NCBI GenBank assembly: GCA_963668675.2
Contig: CAXXMB010000002.1
Location: 864,001 to 928,000, forward strand
Source: an uncultured Desulfatitalea sp.
GTDB lineage: Bacteria > Desulfobacterota > Desulfobacteria > Desulfobacterales > Desulfosarcinaceae
Direction: 5' to 3'
Length of the DNA stretch: 64,000 bases
Within the stretch, counting starts at the first letter, position 1. Each line of letters starts with the position of its first letter. A program made the position numbers and the translations under genes. The notes under the pieces are model-generated. The model ran no database searches. It was given only the letters and a program-made list of their open reading frames with translations, and was not told where the DNA came from. Below are positions 1 through 8,221 of this stretch, piece by piece.

Positions 1-325
1 TTTAGGTGACTGGGAAAACAACGGCTCATAATTATCTGTAAACCGGAAAATGTGTTACCTGATTTTTTCTTGAAAAATTGCCATAATTAATGATGCAGCA
101 CCTAATTGAACATATCAAAAACGAATGCGCTGTAAAAACAGACAAATATTGATTTTCAATAGTAGAAATTGAGTATTACAACATATTAGTATGTGCGGTG
201 AGATTTAAAGCTTAAATCGTTTTAGCTGTTTTTTCAGGAGAATTTGATCAGGATAGAAGGGGATAGGAGTTACGAAGAATTGGTTCTATCTTTGGTGCAA
301 AGTTGAATTCAATGTAATAGCTACT

Positions 326-332
326 GTTGGGG
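326..332 (+). other. Putative attI / first cassette crossover core GTTGGGG
   Basis: Near-GTTRRRY 7-mer, 1 mismatch from the reverse complement of R'' CCTCAAC (856-862). No attC hairpin precedes it. Confidence 0.5.
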
Positions 333-342
333 TACAAATATA

Positions 343-846
343 ATGGCAACAGGACGTAGCAATAAGCTTGTAGGGCAGACCGGGGAATACCTCGTCGCGG
401 CCGAGCTCTCGCGTCGCGGATTCATCGCGACCACTTTCACAGGTAACGTTCCCCACTACGACATCATCGCATCGGATGAGGTCGGCCGACATGTCTCTGT
501 ACAGGTGAAGGCCAGTCGTAGCTCCTCGTGGCAATTTGGCAACATTAAACTGTACTGTGACATCTCCTTTGACGGCAACCGGCAGATTGTCGGGGATAAA
601 CAACTATGCCCGGTTCGAGGGCTTGTCATGGCCTTCGTCAAGATCGACGACGACGGAAATGATCGTTTCTACATCCTCCCGTGGGAGCGCCTGCGAGACA
701 TTCTCGTTGATCTTCACAAGGCTTATCTCGCGAAGCACAATGGCACTCGTCCGAAGAGGTGGGACTCTCTGCATTGTGCCATTGCAGAGAGAAACCTTGA
801 ACCATATTGGAACAAGTGGGACACGGTAAAAACAAAACTGAAATGA
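343..846 (+). CDS. PD-(D/E)xK nuclease-family protein (cassette 1)
   Basis: GQTGEYLVAAELSRRG...HYDIIA...VSVQVKAS motif. Confidence 0.75.
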   Translation: MATGRSNKLVGQTGEYLVAAELSRRGFIATTFTGNVPHYDIIASDEVGRHVSVQVKASRSSSWQFGNIKLYCDISFDGNRQIVGDKQLCPVRGLVMAFVKIDDDGNDRFYILPWERLRDILVDLHKAYLAKHNGTRPKRWDSLHCAIAERNLEPYWNKWDTVKTKLK

Positions 847-855
847 GCGGAAAGG

Positions 856-913
856 CCTCAACAAAGGGCTGTTACTGACTCGGTTCCCTCGCGGCAAAGC
901 CCTGACGTTAAAC
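856..913 (+). repeat. attC site 1 (apparently intact)
   Basis: CCTCAAC...AGGGCT[G]TTACTG / CGGCAAAGCCCT...GTTAAAC with an extrahelical base. Confidence 0.85.
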
Positions 914-925
914 GAGGAGATCCTA

Positions 926-1501
926 ATGCATTACAAATACAGATCATTAGAAAACTTTAAGAACTTCGTTGACATAATCCTAAACAACAGGATTTACGCT
1001 GCCCCTTATTTTAAACTCAATGATCCCATGGAGGGGCTTTACATTTATGATAAAGGTACGGTTAACCATGAAATGGTGTCGAAGATAAAGGGGGAGAAGA
1101 AGAGGATAGGAATATGCTCCCTATCCCGCCGTTCTGATAGCACTCTTATGTGGTCACACTACGCCAATAGCCACAAAGGAGTCGCTATCGCCGTTGTGGT
1201 TGGCCACCAGCATGAGATAAGGCCTGTAAAATATGAAGGGCTTTCTTACGTCCAAAATGCAACAAGGTTTGGTAGCCGCGAAACAGCTATGAATATATTG
1301 ATCTGCAAATTAGAGGCATGGTCCTACGAGGAGGAGGAGAGAGTTTTTGTAACAGATACAAACTACGTTGATGTTTCCATAGCGAAGATTATTTTAGGCT
1401 CAAAGATGGATACTCGAACTAAAAGTTTAGTCAAAAGTCTAGTGTCAAAGATAAACCCGAATATCCTAATCAGAGAGGCTGATGTTGCTGAAATCGTATA
1501 A
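926..1501 (+). CDS. DUF2971-domain protein (cassette 2)
   Basis: HYKYRS, LNDPMEG, ICSLS, LMWSHYANSHKG, K..WSYEEEER motifs. Confidence 0.8.
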   Translation: MHYKYRSLENFKNFVDIILNNRIYAAPYFKLNDPMEGLYIYDKGTVNHEMVSKIKGEKKRIGICSLSRRSDSTLMWSHYANSHKGVAIAVVVGHQHEIRPVKYEGLSYVQNATRFGSRETAMNILICKLEAWSYEEEERVFVTDTNYVDVSIAKIILGSKMDTRTKSLVKSLVSKINPNILIREADVAEIV

Positions 1502-1560
1502 CCTCTGCCTATAGCAAATCGGGCAAAAAGCGGCCGCTTCCGCTAAGGCCAACGCTCGCA
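1496..1560 (+). repeat. attC site 2 (R' mutated GTT>GCT)
   Basis: GTATAAC overlapping the stop codon; GCCT[A]TAGC / GCTAAGGC; GCTCGCA. Confidence 0.7.
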
Positions 1561-1574
1561 AGAAGGATAAAAGA

Positions 1575-2324
1575 ATGTCGGTACCAAGTCCATCAGAGTA
1601 CAAATCTGCATTTAAAAATATAGCGGTTACCGAGTTACAATTAAAAATGTTGGAGATTCATTACCAATCTCCAGAATACACTCTGACTGCAATGCAGATG
1701 GCAAATACCTTGGGATATCCTCATTACTCAGTATCGAACGGGAATTATGGACGACTTGGAAGTCGTTTAGGAGAAGCTTTAGGGTGGAAGCCAGATGATT
1801 CTGATCTTGGGGTATCAGTTTTATCAACATTCGCAAAACCGGAAAATAATTGGCAATGGATAATGCGACCAGAAGTTATATCCGCATTAGAATCTCTTGG
1901 ATGGGTAAATCCTTCGACTATAGCGTTTCCCAATGAAGTCGAAGAATCAGTTGCTTATGTAGAAGGAGCCTTTAAGAGTGTGGCGGTTAATGCGTTTGAG
2001 CGTAATGCCAAAGCTCGTACCAAGTGCATTTCTCACTATGGTTATAAATGTTCTGTTTGTGGCATTTTATTATCTGATATTTATGGTGATATCGCAGTCA
2101 ATTTTATTCATATCCACCACATTAAGCAATTATCAACAATCGGCGAGGAGTACGAAGTCAATCCTATTGAGGACTTGAAACCAGTTTGTCCAAATTGTCA
2201 TGCGATGATTCATCGTAGGAATCCAGCATATAGCATTGAAGAAGTTCGCTCCTTATTAAACAAAAATTATTGCGAACAAACATGTATAGAGGACGGCGAG
2301 GGACATGCTGCCTCTGACATGTAG
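1575..2324 (+). CDS. HNH endonuclease, McrA-like C-terminal domain (cassette 3)
   Basis: FERNAKAR..C...CSVCG...IHIHHI...DLKPVCPNCHAMIH. Confidence 0.85.
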   Translation: MSVPSPSEYKSAFKNIAVTELQLKMLEIHYQSPEYTLTAMQMANTLGYPHYSVSNGNYGRLGSRLGEALGWKPDDSDLGVSVLSTFAKPENNWQWIMRPEVISALESLGWVNPSTIAFPNEVEESVAYVEGAFKSVAVNAFERNAKARTKCISHYGYKCSVCGILLSDIYGDIAVNFIHIHHIKQLSTIGEEYEVNPIEDLKPVCPNCHAMIHRRNPAYSIEEVRSLLNKNYCEQTCIEDGEGHAASDM

Positions 2325-2331
2325 AGATGCA
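2271..2331 (+). repeat. attC site 3 (degenerate, overlaps the HNH 3' end)
   Basis: TGCGAAC; ACATGT[A]TAGAGG / CCTCTGACATGT; R' decayed. Confidence 0.6.
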
Positions 2332-2363
2332 TATTAACGTGAGAATGCTTTAAAGGAGAAGGC

Positions 2364-2693
2364 ATGGAGGTCTGTAAAAACAAATCAACAGGCCAATATT
2401 TCATTTTTATCAATGAAACTGGTGATGATGAAGCGCTTATGGTAACGGCCATTGCCGAAATAAAATCATTAAAACTGAATTTATTTCACGACATAGAGGA
2501 ATTCGACGAAAATTGGCTATTAAGTGAGAATTTTATTTCAGATGAGCAAGTTAAAAGATTTCATCAATATGAAAAGAATCGATTTGAAGATCAAGTTGCA
2601 TATGTTGAGTCATTATTTCACCAGATGCCTCCAGATAAGCAGCAAGAATTTTTAGAAAAACTGAAAAATAGGGCCACAAAAAAAAATAAATAA
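2364..2693 (+). CDS. Hypothetical protein (cassette 4)
   Basis: ORF with strong RBS AAGGAG between two attC sites. Confidence 0.75.
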   Translation: MEVCKNKSTGQYFIFINETGDDEALMVTAIAEIKSLKLNLFHDIEEFDENWLLSENFISDEQVKRFHQYEKNRFEDQVAYVESLFHQMPPDKQQEFLEKLKNRATKKNK

Positions 2694-2699
2694 TGTCGT

Positions 2700-2769
2700 G
2701 CATAGCAAGTGGCTTTACTTTTGACTAGGGACAAAGTGCGGCCCTCGCAGGTAAGCCACGGCTTCAGGC
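2700..2769 (+). repeat. attC site 4 (degenerate)
   Basis: GCATAGC; GTGGCTT[T]ACTT / AGGTAAGCCAC; TTCAGGC. Confidence 0.6.
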
Positions 2770-2775
2770 AAGCGA

Positions 2776-3171
2776 ATGTTGAAACTATTATTAGGCATAG
2801 GCTTATCCGCAAAACTTTCGGGATATAAAAGAAAATATCGTGATAGCTATTACATTTTCGATCATGAAAATATTCTTTGCCGGATAAGTAAATGGGTTGG
2901 CAAGTTTAAAGTTGCTGCATGTACTTATTGCGATAGCCCACATGAAGGTGGTTATGATATGTCAAATATTATCTGGATCTATCATTCCAGATCTTTCAAA
3001 ACGGAGGAAGCAGCAATAGCGCATTTATTAAGTGAGGTTCAAACAGCAGCAAATAGTCATAAGGGTACAACCTTTTACCGGCTAACTGAAATCAACGATG
3101 GACAAGATATTATACATAAATTTAGCGAAAATGGTTGGATAGAAACCGATTGGAAGGGATGGAATGCTTAA
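2776..3171 (+). CDS. Hypothetical protein (cassette 5)
   Basis: ORF whose stop lies in a GCTTAAC R'' box. Confidence 0.6.
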   Translation: MLKLLLGIGLSAKLSGYKRKYRDSYYIFDHENILCRISKWVGKFKVAACTYCDSPHEGGYDMSNIIWIYHSRSFKTEEAAIAHLLSEVQTAANSHKGTTFYRLTEINDGQDIIHKFSENGWIETDWKGWNA

Positions 3172-3190
3172 CCTGGCACTAAACGCCGAA
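3166..3190 (+). repeat. Truncated attC (R'' and start of L'' only)
   Basis: GCTTAAC CTGGCACTAAACGCCGA; no matching right arm seen. Confidence 0.4.
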
Positions 3191-3719
3191 GGCTCAATTA
3201 AGGGTGTTTTCAGAATTTGTTCTGTTAACATCATTCCGTATTTTCTGTTCGGCTATAACTATTTATCCGCCGATGGTTTGTTTGTCGTAAAACGCACTTT
3301 ACGAAACAAAAAAATCTCTGCCGATATTATTTGGTACAATAACCAATTGCGGTTTAACCTTAGGTTGTAATTACCAACAAAAGGGCTGTTTTTTCCGGAA
3401 ACAGCTAAACCTACGTCCCTGGAGACGGTGTCGCCCCTGACTTTTCAGCGCCCGGTTCCCACACTTACGGCACACTTCGGGCTGACCGATATTTTACCCA
3501 CCTTGCGGATTTAAAAAAATTCAAAAAGAACGTAGATTGAATGGGCCTAGTCAAGTGTCGGGCATATTCATATACAGAGGGGGGTGTTGGCCACTGACAT
3601 GATATTCCCCCTCGCCGGTGTCCTTTTTATAGTGTGAAATAACTTTGCTATTCCCTCGTGTGGCGACCTAACACAAATCTTCCCTCGCGCGCGTAGAGGT
3701 TTTGTTTATCGGTCAATTA

Positions 3720-4334
3720 TCACAACCGCAGTTCATCAAATGACATTCCAAGTCTTTTGCCCATAATCATCAAGGAAAGGGTTGATGCCCTTCTAGCCTG
3801 TCTTCGCAAGCGGTCAAATGTTTTTTGGTGCATTTGTTTTGGTTTGGACATAATTGGTTCAAACAAATCGTGGCTTGCCCCTATTCGTTTTCTGATTTTT
3901 CGGGCTTTCCTCATAAGGCGGTCTGCCTTGCATTCCTGTTGACTGCTATAGGTAAGGCCATAACAATGACGGCAATAGAAATATTTACCGGCACCATATA
4001 AAACGGCCACCCGCCGCCGACATCGAGGGCATAAAAACCATGTTCTGTCCCCCCCATAGTTACAGGGCGTTTGGTCAAACGAGATGGTTTGCTCAACACC
4101 TTCCCATTCTCCACCTCTTGGCCGGTGTCGGTAGTTCAATTTGATTTGATCCTTTTCCACCCAGTAACCAATAAAACCTGTCTGCTGACCACCGATAGAC
4201 CATGACAACGAACCTCCACTCAAGGGTTGCAAGTAACCTTTCTTTTTCAGCCATCGGATATCAATGTGATGCTGGCTTTCAGTGGTGATTTTAGAATCCC
4301 ATCTGTACCAGCACCCTGAACCTTGACCGCCCAT
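3720..4334 (-). CDS. Zn-finger hypothetical protein of integrative/phage-related elements
   Basis: MGGQGSG N-terminus; PCNYGG.R.WFLCPRC...CRHCYGLTYSSQ. Confidence 0.75.
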   Translation of the reverse strand: MGGQGSGCWYRWDSKITTESQHHIDIRWLKKKGYLQPLSGGSLSWSIGGQQTGFIGYWVEKDQIKLNYRHRPRGGEWEGVEQTISFDQTPCNYGGDRTWFLCPRCRRRVAVLYGAGKYFYCRHCYGLTYSSQQECKADRLMRKARKIRKRIGASHDLFEPIMSKPKQMHQKTFDRLRRQARRASTLSLMIMGKRLGMSFDELRL

Positions 4335-4556
4335 TTCAAATCCTTTTTCTTTTTGTCGAAATCATTAGGAAAGTTTAACCTTTAATCCTGTCGGCTTTTC
4401 CCAGTTCTGTGCGTAAGGGGTGTTACAGCAATCAAGTTTTCCTCATGCCATGGTATATCATGTTAACGCACGCATAGACGTAGGCACCCCCCATAATCAG
4501 TCTGAAACGATCTAAGTCTTGATGGATAAGGCATTATGGCAAAATCTCCTGCAAAT

Positions 4557-4638
4557 GGGGTGTCCTCCGTTGACGCGTGTGTCTCTGTTGGGGGTGTCCC
4601 TCATTGACACGTGTGTGGGTGACTACGTTGATGCGTGT
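4557..4638. repeat. Three imperfect 24-bp direct repeats (iteron-like)
   Basis: GGGGTGTCCTCCGTTGACGCGTGT (4557-4580), GGGGTGTCCCTCATTGACACGTGT (4591-4614), GTGGGTGACTACGTTGATGCGTGT (4615-4638). Confidence 0.65.
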
Positions 4639-5155
4639 TGTTTCCATTTTTTACAGCTCCCAATCCTTGGGCTTGATACCCCCGCTTCCTATCCTTTTCC
4701 CGTAAACGAACAGGCGGATGTCCCACAAACCAGCGTTTCCAATCATCCACTAATGCATACTGGCTTTTATGCCTTTCATATGCCCCACCATGGTCCACAA
4801 TATCTATAAACCCCTTGGCCAACAGTTCATCGAGTGCCCGTGTGAATTGTCCTTCTGTGAATGCTCCCTTCACTCGCTTTCCATCTCTATTTATTCGATA
4901 ACCATAGCTTGTGATTTCTTTATAAGTCAGCGTGAACCTGTTGTCGTCAACTCTCGTCCACTTCTTTTGCCCTTTGGTCTTCAATTCTCTAAATTTTCTT
5001 TTATGCAACAAAATTTTCAGCACATGAACTGAGGCAGTTGATACTGTTTGGGCAGTCCCCCTTTGACCCAAGCTCAAGCAAGCTTCTGATAAAGACATCT
5101 GTGTATCGATAAAGGTGCCTTTCCCGAATCCGTTTTTACCATAATTCTTAGACAT
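4601..5155 (-). CDS. Winged-helix DNA-binding protein, possible replication initiator
   Basis: FTLTYKEI...FTRALDELLAKGFIDIV..GG....SQYAL pattern; RBS AAGGGG before the ATG at 5155. Confidence 0.6.
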   Translation of the reverse strand: MSKNYGKNGFGKGTFIDTQMSLSEACLSLGQRGTAQTVSTASVHVLKILLHKRKFRELKTKGQKKWTRVDDNRFTLTYKEITSYGYRINRDGKRVKGAFTEGQFTRALDELLAKGFIDIVDHGGAYERHKSQYALVDDWKRWFVGHPPVRLREKDRKRGYQAQGLGAVKNGNNTHQRSHPHTCQ

Positions 5156-5173
5156 GAATTGCCCCTTATGGTG

Positions 5174-5238
5174 TGGTCGGTGATTCAACGGGGCAATGTC
5201 GAATCATCTTTTCACTGGTGCCCTACCAGCGCCGACCA
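5174..5238 (-). ncRNA. Candidate three-way-junction leader RNA
   Basis: Closing stem TGGTCGG/CCGACCA enclosing hairpins CTGGT/ACCAG and TGATTCGAC/GTTGAATCA. Confidence 0.45.
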
Positions 5239-5373
5239 AAACTTATTACAGTTATCTGCTATAAATTATACAGTCTCGTCTGATGCTCCATCGTGCATCA
5301 GAATTATCGAAGATATGTGCACCCTTTTTTTCTGTTTAGTATTTCTAATGGCGACTTTTTCTGTCATTGAATA

Positions 5374-5616
5374 TCAAGCCTTGGATATTCCCGCTGCAAT
5401 CGATTTTAACGCCCGTTTTGCTGATTTTAGGTCATATAGCATCGCATCAAAAATACGCATTGGACCATTAACCTGATCACCGAATAAAAAGAAGTTTTTA
5501 CGCTGGCGCATGCGACGAATGGCAATAGGGTCTGAAGATTGAAAACGAAACCGGTCTACGCCTTTTTCAATCCGCCACATCTTAACCGGACCAATTTCAA
5601 AAATGCAGTCAAGCAT
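5374..5616 (-). CDS. Hypothetical protein
   Basis: 80-aa ORF directly downstream of alpA with GGGG RBS. Confidence 0.6.
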   Translation of the reverse strand: MLDCIFEIGPVKMWRIEKGVDRFRFQSSDPIAIRRMRQRKNFFLFGDQVNGPMRIFDAMLYDLKSAKRALKSIAAGISKA

Positions 5617-5630
5617 GTCAATGTCGCCCC

Positions 5631-5849
5631 TTATTCTTCAGCTTCTAACAAAAGCCGAATATTTTTAACGTTCCAAACTGAAATACGTTCGCCAAAACGT
5701 TTATCTGGAGCAGGAAAGCGCCCCTCGGCAATCCACTTATAGATAGTTGCCCGGCTTACCGGTAAGAGCGGTGGTATGTTCTTTTTTTTGTTTCCGATGA
5801 TTTGTTCGAGGCGGATATAACCTGTTTCGGGGAGAGATTGGTTCGCCAT
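5631..5849 (-). CDS. alpA: AlpA-family regulator/excisionase
   Basis: GYIRLEQIIG...PVSRATIYKWIAEGRFPAP...ISVW; RBS AAGGAG. Confidence 0.9.
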   Translation of the reverse strand: MANQSLPETGYIRLEQIIGNKKKNIPPLLPVSRATIYKWIAEGRFPAPDKRFGERISVWNVKNIRLLLEAEE

Positions 5850-5939
5850 TGCATTTATCTCCTTATTGCCGAGAGTGTCCATCAAAGATGAATGCAATAT
5901 AGCGGGGTATATTAATGGAAAAAATTACCCAATTTGTTT

Positions 5940-6054
5940 TTAAATACCCCATTTCATTGTTTGGGGTATTTAATTTATCTGTGAATCATTGATGAGGCTG
6001 GATTTGAAAAAAATGAAAAAATTAAATACCTCACATTTAATTTGAGGTATTTAA
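5940..6054. promoter_or_regulatory. Two operator-like dyads upstream of alpA
   Basis: TTAAATACCCCA-N10-TGGGGTATTTAA (5940-5973) and TTAAATACCTCA-N9-TGAGGTATTTAA (6022-6054). Confidence 0.7.
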
Positions 6055-6091
6055 CGATGATTTTGAAGCTGCAAGGCAGTTTTCTTATAGC

Positions 6092-8134
6092 TTAGGTGAC
6101 GTTAGTGGCTTTCCGTCTGCCGGGTTTGGGATTGGGGTTAAGTCCTTTCATATGCCGGCGAAATGTATTCATGGCTGGTAGTTGACCGCGATAGGCCTCT
6201 TTAATTTCAGGGCGCTTATACATATTCGTAGTGGTGATTTTTTCCTTTTCCCAGATAGTTTTAGCTATTTTCTGAGCATTCTTTATCGCTATCTGCCCGG
6301 CAGATAGCTTCCGGGAAATAATTTTATTAGCGGGAGGGTGAGTTGCATAAAGCTTCGTTGGCAGAGGAATCTGCCAATTTTGCAAAAAGAGTTTGAGAGA
6401 ATCTAATTCAATGTAGCCAGGTTCACCATCTTTCATTTCCAACAGTTTCATTGATCTTGATGCAGGTGCCCCGGCAATTGTACCAGTAGTCCATCGGGTT
6501 AGAATATGAAACCAAGCTATTGCACGATTATCCCTGCTGCGCAAATCCGGCAACTGCTTTCTTGAATCCAAATCAAACCTTTTCCATAATTCAGCGAGGA
6601 TATCATCATATTGACTATCTGTAGCGAGGATCGGAGCTAAGTCAATATCACCTATATATCCGTTGGCGCGGGCGGCCAATACTATTTCTTTTAGCTTCGA
6701 CTCAATATCTTCAGGTATCGAATTAACAAATGTCTTGATCCTTTTGGGATTCGTTAATGATTCCTGGCATTGGCTCGGAAAAAGTCGGCAAGGCAGAGAT
6801 ATTTCCCATTTGTTTAAAAAATGTCGAAATTTATCCAGATTTATAAACCGAAATGAGATGGTTTCTTCATTACTGTTCATAAAGGTCTTTTTTTCGCATT
6901 CGAGTGGATTTATTATTTCAAAATCATCGCAATTAATAGTTGGTAGATTTGAATTATCGACGCCCAATACATCGCCACCTATCCATCGTTGAAAAAGCGC
7001 AGTCCATATATTGACTCTTGAATCGAAAGTGGAAGGATCAGGACAAGAATCACCGGCAATGTCCATTTGAAATTGTGTCCAGTACTCCGGCAAATGAGGA
7101 ATATAACTCTGATCGTAAGCCATCATGCATACGAGATTACTATCCTTAGCGAAACCATTTTTTATTGCCCATTCGGTCTTTGAGAATTGCCATTGTTCCA
7201 ATTGGCTTGCAGCAATCAATTTTGAATCAGGTAAAAAGCCGTCGCTACTAAATGCAATTTTCTCTTCAATGCTTTCCATCTCAAAAGCTGAGTATAGAAC
7301 AACACGGGGTTCGAAATATTCATCCCTCACACTGTCCTGAAGTTCATGGTTTCTAAACTTGATATCGAAATACCACTCCCCAAACGGGACATCACTTGGA
7401 TGATTTTTGTAAATGCTACAGAAATCAGGTTGCAATAGTTGAGGGTAACTTCTATTCGATGCAGCCTCATTATAATGTATGTCCCTCAAAAGCTTATCCC
7501 ATGGCATTTCTGGAACCAATCCACGTAATTTTTTCTTGGTGTATTCCATTTCTTCTTCAATATTCATATCGCGCGTTTGATCATCGTCATCGACTTCAAA
7601 AACTATTGCGAATTTCGGTAAATTCAGTCTTTTTGAAGAAACCGAATCATTCAGTCTTTCAGCAAGTATACCAGCAAACTTAGAATTATAAGCATATAGG
7701 ATTATTTTCGTGATAGGGACATCTCTGTAATATGTTTCAGCCCACCTTTGAGCCCTCAATCGTAAATTTTCTATCGATAGCTCTGGAAAATAATCTTCCA
7801 ATATTTCAGGGTCAGGGGGGCTTACCTTTTTGTTTTTTTTGATTTCAGTAAGGATTTCGAGGTCTAAGGCATCCTGCATTCCGTAATAATCAATAAAATT
7901 TACAAGCTGTTTTAATGAACACGGGAAGGATAAGGCGGGTATAGTTAGATCTTTATAAGGATGATCACTCAGAATGGCCCTTTCCACTGCGGTTAACAAT
8001 GCATCATCTGCTGGAGGAACAACCCAAACACCATCATTTCTCACTTCAAGTCTCGGAAAACAGAAATTCTTGGGGTCTTCAATTTGAAAAATTTTGATAA
8101 AATCAGAATGCCCAATGAATTTTTTCATATCCAT
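6092..8134 (-). CDS. Hypothetical 680-aa protein with internal duplication and basic C-terminus
   Basis: Long ORF in AT-rich DNA between integrase and alpA. Confidence 0.8.
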   Translation of the reverse strand: MDMKKFIGHSDFIKIFQIEDPKNFCFPRLEVRNDGVWVVPPADDALLTAVERAILSDHPYKDLTIPALSFPCSLKQLVNFIDYYGMQDALDLEILTEIKKNKKVSPPDPEILEDYFPELSIENLRLRAQRWAETYYRDVPITKIILYAYNSKFAGILAERLNDSVSSKRLNLPKFAIVFEVDDDDQTRDMNIEEEMEYTKKKLRGLVPEMPWDKLLRDIHYNEAASNRSYPQLLQPDFCSIYKNHPSDVPFGEWYFDIKFRNHELQDSVRDEYFEPRVVLYSAFEMESIEEKIAFSSDGFLPDSKLIAASQLEQWQFSKTEWAIKNGFAKDSNLVCMMAYDQSYIPHLPEYWTQFQMDIAGDSCPDPSTFDSRVNIWTALFQRWIGGDVLGVDNSNLPTINCDDFEIINPLECEKKTFMNSNEETISFRFINLDKFRHFLNKWEISLPCRLFPSQCQESLTNPKRIKTFVNSIPEDIESKLKEIVLAARANGYIGDIDLAPILATDSQYDDILAELWKRFDLDSRKQLPDLRSRDNRAIAWFHILTRWTTGTIAGAPASRSMKLLEMKDGEPGYIELDSLKLFLQNWQIPLPTKLYATHPPANKIISRKLSAGQIAIKNAQKIAKTIWEKEKITTTNMYKRPEIKEAYRGQLPAMNTFRRHMKGLNPNPKPGRRKATNVT

Positions 8135-8221
8135 ATCTTCTGAAGATGCCCGGCGCGATGGCGCGAGGAAAATACGACTTAGAAAATAGTTACCCAGCTA
8201 AACGGGTCTATTCCGCCATTT

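Larger units (their letters stand above)
326..3190 (+). mobile_element. Integron-type gene cassette array, 5 cassettes; integrase not in window
   Basis: Five co-oriented short ORFs. Four are followed by a 58-70 bp imperfect palindrome with R''/L''/L'/R' layout and the fifth by a partial site. Each R'' is near-complementary to the 7-mer opening its own cassette. Confidence 0.8.

Noticed and set aside
108..122. LexA-like GAAC-N7-AAAC box
   Set aside because: Single mismatched short match in AT-rich DNA; host LexA motif unknown.
3164..3370. 68-aa ORF after cassette 5
   Set aside because: Starts inside an attC remnant; no recognisable features.
5174..5238. Hammerhead ribozyme
   Set aside because: Three stems and GAAA are present but the CUGANGA core is not.
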